Source: an uncultured Oscillospiraceae bacterium (GTDB taxonomy: Bacteria > Bacillota > Clostridia > Oscillospirales > UBA644). From it: 64,000 nucleotides of DNA. The DNA lies in contig CAYUWC010000002.1 of NCBI GenBank assembly GCA_964448355.1, positions 1,995-65,994 on the forward strand. Reading direction: 5' to 3'. How positions within the stretch are numbered: the first letter of the stretch is position 1; each line of letters begins with the position of its first letter. Positions 35,269 through 42,832 of the stretch are shown piece by piece. A program made the translations under genes and the position numbers. The notes under the pieces were generated by a model, which worked only from the letters and a program-made list of their open reading frames with translations, did no database searches and was not told the origin of the DNA.

Positions 35269-36792
35269 ATGCTATTTGCGGTCTATTTAAGGGAAGCATG
35301 GAAAAATATAACGAAAAAACCGTTGCTTTCAACTCTTACAATTTTATTTTTAACGTTTACCGTCCTTTTTTTCTGTGTTTTCGCAAGGATATCTACGATC
35401 AAAACTATAACCGAAGACAATCTTCAAAAATCGGAAGCATATATTCAATATAAGCAATATAGTTTTAATACAGATACAAAGGGAGTTGGAGTTGGAAGTT
35501 ATAATTCTACCGACGATAAGTTTACATATTTGTACCCTCCCGATGAAGATGAAGTAGAAATCAGAACTGAAGCTCTCGGCTACTTTGACGAACTAAGTGA
35601 TTTTTTCGATACAATTTTCACCTTGGATTCCGAAGATATAAAAGTCGTTTATATGAGTGGCGAATGGACGACTCTTATCGTCAATTCAAAAGGTGCAAAG
35701 AATTTGGAAGAAACTTACAACAAGAATTTTCGAAAAGAAGATATCTCAGAATATAAAAAACAAGGTATAGACACCACATTCCTTGAAACCGGCGCTTATG
35801 TGAAAACTATATTCGTAAGCCAAAGCTTTTTTGACCACGAAAAGCTTAATTTTGCAAAAGGCGGGGTTCCGACAGAAGAAGATCTTAATTATAAATTTAT
35901 CTCGGACGAAGAAACCCCTGTAATTGAAATACCGGTAATTGTCGGTTCCGCATTTGCCGAAGATTATGAGGTCGGGGATATTATAGAACGTGCATATGAG
36001 CCTTATGAATCTCCTGAAACAGATTGGCAAAGATACTCGAGCGATTACCATCAGCAGATGTTTTGCAAATACAGGATAGTCGGTATTTTAAGTGAAGACA
36101 ATGCCATAACCAACTGTTACGGCTCAAGTATTTCAAACCTATCGAAGAATATAATCGTTCCTTACCATTTTTTAACCGACCCTGCATTTACCGAAAAATA
36201 TACGGATAATCAAAAGATAGTTAGAGTAGACGATCTATTCTGGGAAATAACGCAAGTAAAACTTTATATAAACAGAGAAAAAGAAGCGGAATGCGTTTCG
36301 ATTTTATGGGATATGATCGATAATTCTTCTCTTAAAGATTATCTGAAGCCGCACACGTTTGACGTTCTTAACGAGATATCGATAACAATCGCGAACGCAA
36401 GGGATACTTCTTACAAAGTGCTCGCAATAGCTATCGCGGTATTCTGTTCTATCGGTGTTTTTATAATGATATTAAACAATCAAAAAGACAACATCCGAGA
36501 TTACAGTGTACATATGATATCGGGCGCAAGCAAGGCGGATATACTTTTGACAGGTGTTGTTGAAACATTGATATATGTGCTGATCGCAGATATATTGATG
36601 CAATATCCGAGGATATACATGATGTTCGGCTGGCAACAGAATTCTCCGCTCGGAACATGGATGGGAATGTGGAGCGGAATGATTCCGATCGTTATAGCTG
36701 AAAACCTCATTATAATTTTAATAGCGTTCATTTGCAATTACATTTCGGTTTCAAAAATCAGTTTTTCCGAAGTTTTAAAGAGGAAGGATTAA
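35269..36792 (+). CDS. FtsX/MacB-type permease P2 (paralog of P1)
   Basis: It has the same length and layout as P1, with identical N-terminal TM and TM2-TM4 segments and a diverged extracytoplasmic domain. AAGGAG lies 9-10 nt upstream of the ATG at 35269; the track ORF starts at 35260. Confidence 0.75.
   Translation: MLFAVYLREAWKNITKKPLLSTLTILFLTFTVLFFCVFARISTIKTITEDNLQKSEAYIQYKQYSFNTDTKGVGVGSYNSTDDKFTYLYPPDEDEVEIRTEALGYFDELSDFFDTIFTLDSEDIKVVYMSGEWTTLIVNSKGAKNLEETYNKNFRKEDISEYKKQGIDTTFLETGAYVKTIFVSQSFFDHEKLNFAKGGVPTEEDLNYKFISDEETPVIEIPVIVGSAFAEDYEVGDIIERAYEPYESPETDWQRYSSDYHQQMFCKYRIVGILSEDNAITNCYGSSISNLSKNIIVPYHFLTDPAFTEKYTDNQKIVRVDDLFWEITQVKLYINREKEAECVSILWDMIDNSSLKDYLKPHTFDVLNEISITIANARDTSYKVLAIAIAVFCSIGVFIMILNNQKDNIRDYSVHMISGASKADILLTGVVETLIYVLIADILMQYPRIYMMFGWQQNSPLGTWMGMWSGMIPIVIAENLIIILIAFICNYISVSKISFSEVLKRKD
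35291..35381. repeat. 91-bp tract identical to 32728-32818
   Basis: See the partner entry at 32728-32818. Confidence 0.85.
36289..36683. repeat. 395-bp tract identical to 33726-34120
   Basis: See the partner entry at 33726-34120. Confidence 0.9.
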
Positions 36793-36795
36793 GCG

Positions 36796-37950
36796 ATGAA
36801 GAAGTATTTAAATTTCACAAATTTTTTAATCGTATTAAGTATTGCGATAATGACGGTATTTCTTATCGTTATTGTCAATCAGGAATTGATAAACAGCAGA
36901 AACGAGCGTGAGTTCAACAACTTTTACGGCGGAAACAGCCGAAGAATAAGTATCGATTCCGACGCAAGAAAATTTTCTTTTGACGTAACGGGGCTTTCGG
37001 AGAATTACGTTATATACGGATTGTTAAGCAATTCGAGTGAAAAGAACTATTTGGCGGATTCCGTAAGGACTGTTTACGGCGAAGGTAATTTCCCGATACC
37101 GACAATAAAGGCAGGCAGATTTTTTACTGCTGAAGAGCTTTTGTCGGAAGAGGCGTTATGTGTTGTGGGCCAAACGACGTTCAATCGTTCTGCGTATACA
37201 AAAGACGAGGCTGCGCCGACGGAAGCCGTTGCAACAGATAGCGAGACGGAATATATCGAAGACGAAGAGATCGAAGAAAAGGTTTTTGACGAAACAAAAG
37301 AATATTACTATTTGCACAGCGGTATCGAGTACAAGATCATCGGTGTGTTCGGAATGAACAAAACGAGTGATATCGACACGATAACAATGCTCAATTTTGG
37401 CGGATACATTGCAAGCAAGGGTTCGTCGTACAAATTGACGTATCATATTGATTCGTTTAACACCGAAGAGATCGACACTGTATTTACGGCACTCGGCGAA
37501 AGGGTAGTTGAGGCCGAAGGAGAGTGGAGAGAGATATTGTATTCGTCGCCGTTAAAGTCGATCGACGTATATTACACGTATATTTATCTGCTCGGCTGTA
37601 TAATATTGATACTTAATCTTTTGATAGTATCGTTCAGATATGCGGCGAAGAACGAATATCGTATGTGCATCAAAAAGATGCTCGGCGTGACGTCTTTCCG
37701 CTTGGCTGCGGAGACTTGCGGCTCGTTTGCGTGCATATCTTTTATAGGCATGGGCATAGGAATATGGATCTTTTCGATGTTATCGAAAACGCAATTTTTC
37801 GAAAGCAGCGGCCTTGATTATTTTGCCGGTTTGACGTGGCAGACGATACTGTTTACGGCTGTGATCGTTTATGCGGTATCGCTTTCGATATCCGTTTTCC
37901 CGCTCATTCGTATATACAAATTAGATACAAGTGCTCAAATACGAGGATAG
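36796..37950 (+). CDS. FtsX/MacB-type permease P3 (shorter and divergent)
   Basis: 384 aa with an N-terminal TM. Its extracytoplasmic domain has MacB-like strings IKAGRFFTAEELLSEEALCVVGQ and YKIIGVFG, plus an acidic insert. The C-terminal three-TM block carries KKMLGVTSFRL. It starts 4 nt after the P2 stop. Confidence 0.7.
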   Translation: MKKYLNFTNFLIVLSIAIMTVFLIVIVNQELINSRNEREFNNFYGGNSRRISIDSDARKFSFDVTGLSENYVIYGLLSNSSEKNYLADSVRTVYGEGNFPIPTIKAGRFFTAEELLSEEALCVVGQTTFNRSAYTKDEAAPTEAVATDSETEYIEDEEIEEKVFDETKEYYYLHSGIEYKIIGVFGMNKTSDIDTITMLNFGGYIASKGSSYKLTYHIDSFNTEEIDTVFTALGERVVEAEGEWREILYSSPLKSIDVYYTYIYLLGCIILILNLLIVSFRYAAKNEYRMCIKKMLGVTSFRLAAETCGSFACISFIGMGIGIWIFSMLSKTQFFESSGLDYFAGLTWQTILFTAVIVYAVSLSISVFPLIRIYKLDTSAQIRG

Positions 37951-38004
37951 AAAAATCGCTTTTTTGTTAAAAACGCCGAAAAAGCCGGTGTAAAAAAAAT
38001 TTGC

Positions 38005-38033
38005 TTGCAAAATAAAAAAGAATAGTATATAAT
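38005..38033 (+). promoter_or_regulatory. candidate sigma-A promoter of the fucosidase gene
   Basis: TTGCAA (38005-38010), then 17 nt, then TATAAT (38028-38033). Confidence 0.5.
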
Positions 38034-38076
38034 AATGTTAAAACATACCATAAAGCGATAAGGAGCTTATTTGATT

Positions 38077-39360
38077 ATGATGCAGGAATGGTTTAAAGAG
38101 GCGAAACTCGGCATATTCATTCATTACGGAATATACAGCTGCGGCAATTGGTCGGAATCGTGGTCTTTCCACAACGGTCATGTTCCGTACGACAGATACA
38201 TGGCACAGTGCAACGAATTTACGGCAAGCAAATACGATCCCGAAAAGTGGGCTGAGCTGTTCAAAAAAGCAGGCGCGAACTATGTTGTTATGACAACAAA
38301 GCATCACGACGGTGTTGCGTTGTTCGACACAAAATACAGCGATTTGAGTGTTGTTAAAAAAACGCCGGCAGGCCGCGACCTTGTAGCACCGTATGTTAAA
38401 GCGGTAAGAGATGCGGGAATGCACGTCGGACTTTACTACTCGCTCATCGATTGGTCGGACTTACGTTACAGAAGCGTATATCCCGACGGACAAAGTCCCG
38501 AAAACTACAATAAAAACGACATATACGGCTGCCCGATGGGTGGACCGGAAGATCCCGAAAAGTGGGAAGAATTTCTCAAGTTTAACGACGATCAGATGCG
38601 TGAGATCCTCACAAATTACGGAACTGTCGATCTTATCTGGTTCGACGGAGACTGGGAGCGTTCCGCAAAGCAGTGGAGAGCAGACAAAGTACGCGAATTT
38701 TTGCACAACATCAACCCGAACATTGTTATAAATTCGAGATTGCAGGGTTACGGCGACTATGACACACCCGAACAGGGTGCGCCGATCATTGCGCCGACAC
38801 GTCCGTGGGAATTCTGCACGACCATCAACGACAGCTGGGGCTACAGAAAGTTCGATAACGATTACAAGACATCGAGAATGGTCATAAGAATGTTCTGCGA
38901 TTGTTTAACAATGGGCGGAAACATGCTTTTGGACGTAGGCCCGAAAGAAGACGGAACGATCGATCCGCGCCAAGAGCAGATACTTCTCGATCTCGGCTCG
39001 TGGATCAGCGACAACAAAGAAGCTGTTTACGGTACCGAAAGAGGTATAAACTACAGATATTTCCTCGGCGGAAGCACTGTTTCCAAAGATAAGAAGAATC
39101 TTTATCTTATTTGTTACGACAAGCCCGATGAGCATATTTGTCTTAAGGGATTGTTAAGCCCCGTAAAGCGTGTATCCGTTCTTCACTCGAACGAGACGCT
39201 TCAATACCGTTACACGGGCATGGGCTTTAACAACGGAACGCTTTGGATCAACATCGCAAAAGATCAGCTGCACCGTTACGCAACGGTCATCAAGATCGAG
39301 CTTGAAGAGGAGCTTAAGCTCAGCGGAAGCGCCGGTCAGGTCGTAACCAACAACGACTAA
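38077..39360 (+). CDS. alpha-L-fucosidase (GH29 family)
   Basis: WFKEAKLGIFIHYGIYS, TTKHHDGVALFDT, LIWFDGDWE and a C-terminal beta domain are present. AGGAG lies upstream. The start is ATG at 38077 or TTG at 38071. Confidence 0.85.
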   Translation: MMQEWFKEAKLGIFIHYGIYSCGNWSESWSFHNGHVPYDRYMAQCNEFTASKYDPEKWAELFKKAGANYVVMTTKHHDGVALFDTKYSDLSVVKKTPAGRDLVAPYVKAVRDAGMHVGLYYSLIDWSDLRYRSVYPDGQSPENYNKNDIYGCPMGGPEDPEKWEEFLKFNDDQMREILTNYGTVDLIWFDGDWERSAKQWRADKVREFLHNINPNIVINSRLQGYGDYDTPEQGAPIIAPTRPWEFCTTINDSWGYRKFDNDYKTSRMVIRMFCDCLTMGGNMLLDVGPKEDGTIDPRQEQILLDLGSWISDNKEAVYGTERGINYRYFLGGSTVSKDKKNLYLICYDKPDEHICLKGLLSPVKRVSVLHSNETLQYRYTGMGFNNGTLWINIAKDQLHRYATVIKIELEEELKLSGSAGQVVTNND

Positions 39361-39396
39361 TTCTTTTTAACTTTTAAACATAATATTAAAAATCCG

Positions 39397-39433
39397 CAAA
39401 AGCACCATAGTCTTAACGGCTATGGTGCTTTTG
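39397..39433. terminator. bidirectional intrinsic terminator between the fucosidase gene and murE
   Basis: AAAAGCACCATAG, a 9-nt loop, then CTATGGTGCTTTT. The A-run and T-run flanks serve both convergent genes. Confidence 0.75.
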
Positions 39434-39435
39434 TG

Positions 39436-40893
39436 TTATTTAAGTTTTTCCATTGCTGCCTGCATATCGCCTATATACGGAACGGCTTTGCCTGCGACCA
39501 TTTGCGTTTTTTCGCCGCCCTTTCCCGCGAGGATAACAACATCGCCCTCGGCGGCGTTATCGATGGCATAGGCGACCGCTTCCTGCCTGTCCTTTATAAA
39601 GACGTACGGAGTATCGTATTTTTTCAGTTCGGGCTCGACCTGTGCAAAGATTTCTTCCGGCTCTTCGCTGCCCGGGTCGTCTGTCGTCATAACAATAAAA
39701 TCTGAATTTGGGCAGGCGACTTTCGGGAGATCAACACGGCGGTCGAGGGCGCGATTGCCGATACAGCCGAAGAGTATTATTTTGCGAGACGAGGGATAGA
39801 AACTGTCGACATAATCGAAAACGGCTTCAAACGACGCTTTGTTGTGAGCGTAATCGACAAGAACGGTTATACCGTTTTTTTCAAAAATTTCGAGGCGCCC
39901 GGGTGCGGACGCTTTTGCGATGCCGTTTTTTATTTCGTCTGCCGAAAAACCGATGAAAAACGCACAGGCGACGGCGCACAAAGCGTTAAGAACATTGAAC
40001 CTGCCGGGCATATTCAGACGTATATCATCGATATTGACAATGCCTTTAACGGAAAACGTCGAACCCTTTTTGTCTTCCCGAATGTTGTACGCAAAAAGAT
40101 CGGCGGACGAAGAGGTTCCGAACGTTAAAAGCGAATCGGGAGCCGCGCAGGCGATAAATTCGCCGGCATACGGGTCATCGAGATTGGCAACGCATTTTTT
40201 GCAAAGGGAGAAAAGACGTTTTTTCGATTCTTTGTAATCATCGAACGAAGAATGCTCCGTGGGGCTTATATGGTCGGGCGAGATGTTCAAAAAAGCACCG
40301 ACGGAAAAAGTGAGGTCGCTTACCCTATCGTATTTTAACGCCTGGGAGGACACTTCCATGACGGCGGCCTGCGCATTGTTAAGCCGAAAACCGTCTAAGA
40401 TCGAGAAAAGCTCAAGGGCTTCGGGGGTAGTGCCCGTTTTTTGCCAGACTTTGTCGCCGCAGCGGGCTTCGTTTGTTGAAATTATGCCGATTTTAGAATA
40501 ACGCTCTTGCAGGATGCTGTTAAGAATATAAAGAGACGAGGTTTTGCCTTTTGTGCCGGTAATGCCGACGAGGGGGTACGAAAGCGTCATATCGCCGTAA
40601 AAAGCTCTTGCGGCGGCGGACATAGCTTTGCGGACGTCGGAAACGAGAAGCAGCGGGATATCGACATCGAGGTCGTGTTCGCAAACATATGCAGCTGCGC
40701 CGTTTTCGATTGCGGAGACGAGGTATTCGCGCTTAAATTTAACACCTTTGGCAAAGAAGAGGGTGTTTTTGCGGATATCTCGTGAATCGCACGAAAGTTT
40801 CTCTATGCGTGAGAAAAACTTGTCCGAATTTGAGAGATTTTTGAGTAATAAATTTTTAGAAGATAGAATTTCGGCTATATTTTTCAATGTCAT
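39436..40893 (-). CDS. murE: UDP-N-acetylmuramoyl-L-alanyl-D-glutamate--diamino acid ligase (MurE family)
   Basis: GITGTKGKTS P-loop, the VDYAHN region and the Mur ligase C-terminal domain are present. I trimmed to the ATG at 40893 (MTLKNIAEIL); the track extension to 41016 is low-complexity and covers the DnaA boxes. Confidence 0.85.
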   Translation of the reverse strand: MTLKNIAEILSSKNLLLKNLSNSDKFFSRIEKLSCDSRDIRKNTLFFAKGVKFKREYLVSAIENGAAAYVCEHDLDVDIPLLLVSDVRKAMSAAARAFYGDMTLSYPLVGITGTKGKTSSLYILNSILQERYSKIGIISTNEARCGDKVWQKTGTTPEALELFSILDGFRLNNAQAAVMEVSSQALKYDRVSDLTFSVGAFLNISPDHISPTEHSSFDDYKESKKRLFSLCKKCVANLDDPYAGEFIACAAPDSLLTFGTSSSADLFAYNIREDKKGSTFSVKGIVNIDDIRLNMPGRFNVLNALCAVACAFFIGFSADEIKNGIAKASAPGRLEIFEKNGITVLVDYAHNKASFEAVFDYVDSFYPSSRKIILFGCIGNRALDRRVDLPKVACPNSDFIVMTTDDPGSEEPEEIFAQVEPELKKYDTPYVFIKDRQEAVAYAIDNAAEGDVVILAGKGGEKTQMVAGKAVPYIGDMQAAMEKLK

Positions 40894-41018
40894 TTTTACG
40901 TGCTCCAAAATTTGGGTGTTAAAAAAAGCGGTATTTATACAAAAGTACCAAAACGATTTTTTTGGCGAAAAAAATATAAACAGCCTCGAAAGAGCGAAAA
41001 TTATCCTTGTTTTCAACG

Positions 41019-41053
41019 TTATCCACAGGGTTTTCCACAGGAATTGTGGATAA
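41019..41053. promoter_or_regulatory. cluster of three DnaA-box-like 9-mers
   Basis: TTATCCACA (41019-41027) is a perfect match to the consensus. TTTTCCACA (41031-41039) has one mismatch. TGTGGATAA (41045-41053) is a perfect match in inverted orientation. Confidence 0.6.
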
Positions 41054-41083
41054 CTCGGTTTTTATATCTCAAACATTCGGTGC

Positions 41084-42619
41084 TCACTTTTTGTACTTTT
41101 TATCCAATGTTCTGAAATATGTTGCTTCAACAACGAACTCCGGAGAGATAACATCGCTGCCTGCGAGGTCTGCGATGGTTTGGGCGATCTTGATGATCTT
41201 GTCATAAGAACGCATGGAAATATTAGACCGTTCCATAAGTTTGTTAAGCAATGCGGCCGCTTCGGGAGAGATGTTGCACAGTTCACGGATGGCTTTGGAC
41301 GTCATTTTGGCGTTGCAGGTCATGCCATACGGAGAAAGACGTTGCTGTTGGCGTTTTCGTGCGGCGTCAACACGTTTTTTGATATCGGCGGAAGATTCGC
41401 AAAGTTCCCTGTTTTCGGTGATTTCGGCAGCGGTAACGGGCGGCATGGAGACTTGAAGATCTATTCTGTCGAGCAACGGACCGGAGATCTTGCCCATATA
41501 TTTTTCGACCTGCGATTCTTTGCAGCGGCACGGTACGGACGGATGTCCGTAATAACCGCACGGGCACGGGTTCATTGCGCAGACGAGCATGAACGATGAG
41601 GGGAACGAGAGGCTTTTTTTGACCCTGTTGACGGTTATGATGTTATCCTCAAGCGGCTGACGCAGAGTTTCGAGCGTGCGTGCGGAAAACTCGGCGATCT
41701 CGTCAAGAAACAAAACGCCGTTATGCGCAAGCGAGATAATGCCCGGAGTAGGCACGGCGCCGCCGCCCATGAGGCTTGCGACGGTGATATTTTGATTTGA
41801 GCGAACGAACGGACGACGAACGCAAAGCGGCTCTTTTTCGGAAAGTTTGCCTGCGATGGAGTAAATTTTCGAGCTTTCTATTATCTCGTCAAAAGACATA
41901 TCCGGCAAGATCGTCGGCAAGCTTTTTGCGATCATGCTTTTGCCGGAGCCGGGAGGGCCGACGAGCAGAATGTTGTGTCCGCCTGCGGCTGCGATCTCAC
42001 ACGCGCGTTTAGCGGTTTGTTGACCGACGATATATGCAAAGTCGTCGTTCGAGCGGGTTTGCACGCCGATGAGTTCTTCGAGTGTTTTTTTAACGGGAGA
42101 CAAGACCTCCGTACCCTCAAGATGCCGAATAACGGTAAGAACGTCCGGAGCGGCAAAAACGTCGATACCCGTTATGACTGCGCCCTCGGAAGCGTTTTCT
42201 TCCGGAACGAAGACCGATTTAAAGCCAAGCTCTTTTGCGGCAATAACGGAGGCGAGGATACCTCGTCCACGGCGTATCCGGCCCGAAAGCGAAAGCTCGC
42301 CTATAAACGCGGTTTCGGGATCCGGAGTGGGGATCTGGCCTGTTGAAGAAAGAATACCCAAAAGCATGGGCAGGTCGAACGTTGAGCCTTCTTTTTTAAC
42401 ATCGGCGGGCGCAAGGTTTAAAATGATCTGAGCCGACGGGATACGATAGCCACAGTTTGCGACAGCGGAAATTATCCTGTCACGAGCCTCTTTTATAGCG
42501 GTATCGGGAAGTCCCACGATATCTATTTCCGGTTCTTGTGAGGGGCGTGAATCCGTTTCTATCTCGATCTTGTAGCCGTCAAGGCCCCAAAGGCCTATAC
42601 TGTTTATTTTTGTTACCAT
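41084..42619 (-). CDS. comM: YifB/ComM-family Mg-chelatase-like AAA+ ATPase
   Basis: 511 aa. It has an N-terminal Lon-protease-like domain (GLPD.AIKE.R.R), Walker A LLVGPPGSGKSM, Walker B LFLDEI, and a C-terminal ChlI-like domain. Confidence 0.9.
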   Translation of the reverse strand: MVTKINSIGLWGLDGYKIEIETDSRPSQEPEIDIVGLPDTAIKEARDRIISAVANCGYRIPSAQIILNLAPADVKKEGSTFDLPMLLGILSSTGQIPTPDPETAFIGELSLSGRIRRGRGILASVIAAKELGFKSVFVPEENASEGAVITGIDVFAAPDVLTVIRHLEGTEVLSPVKKTLEELIGVQTRSNDDFAYIVGQQTAKRACEIAAAGGHNILLVGPPGSGKSMIAKSLPTILPDMSFDEIIESSKIYSIAGKLSEKEPLCVRRPFVRSNQNITVASLMGGGAVPTPGIISLAHNGVLFLDEIAEFSARTLETLRQPLEDNIITVNRVKKSLSFPSSFMLVCAMNPCPCGYYGHPSVPCRCKESQVEKYMGKISGPLLDRIDLQVSMPPVTAAEITENRELCESSADIKKRVDAARKRQQQRLSPYGMTCNAKMTSKAIRELCNISPEAAALLNKLMERSNISMRSYDKIIKIAQTIADLAGSDVISPEFVVEATYFRTLDKKYKK

Positions 42620-42700
42620 GGTCGTCCTCCCGATAATAAAATTCTCCCTCTTATTTTACAACAAAATCACAGAGATTTCAATAGTTAAACGAGATAAATA

Positions 42701-42729
42701 TAGATTTTTTAGAAAAAATGTGCTATAAT
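42701..42729 (+). promoter_or_regulatory. candidate extended -10 promoter for secA
   Basis: TGcTATAAT spans 42721-42729. The -35 (TAGATT) is weak, with a 17-nt spacer. Confidence 0.4.
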
Positions 42730-42832
42730 ATATAGGAAGATATACTATATACTTGATCAAAATCGAACGGACCGACCGCAAAGGGAGGGACATTCGTGTT
42801 AAAACATAAATACAGACACACGGAGGGCATAA

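Noticed and set aside
35217-35453. 78-aa ORF overlapping the start of P2; also the 34536-34790(+) ORF inside S2.
   Set aside because: They are out of frame with clearly paralogous genes (P2 matches P1, S2 matches S1 and S3) and lack their own RBS.
40894-41016. N-terminal extension of the murE ORF; analogous extensions exist for the rsuA-like ORF (48547-48696) and the SIS ORF (53859-53882).
   Set aside because: The extensions have no similarity to the respective families. They run through the DnaA-box cluster and the SRP RNA gene with its promoter. Better-placed ATGs with RBS exist downstream.
41001-41083. DnaA-box cluster as the chromosomal replication origin.
   Set aside because: Only three boxes are present, and no dnaA, dnaN or rpmH is nearby. 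I see no clear AT-rich 13-mer-type unwinding element. rsmG at 45.6 kb is not accompanied here by mnmG, parAB or noc. I kept the cluster as a regulatory DnaA-box finding instead.
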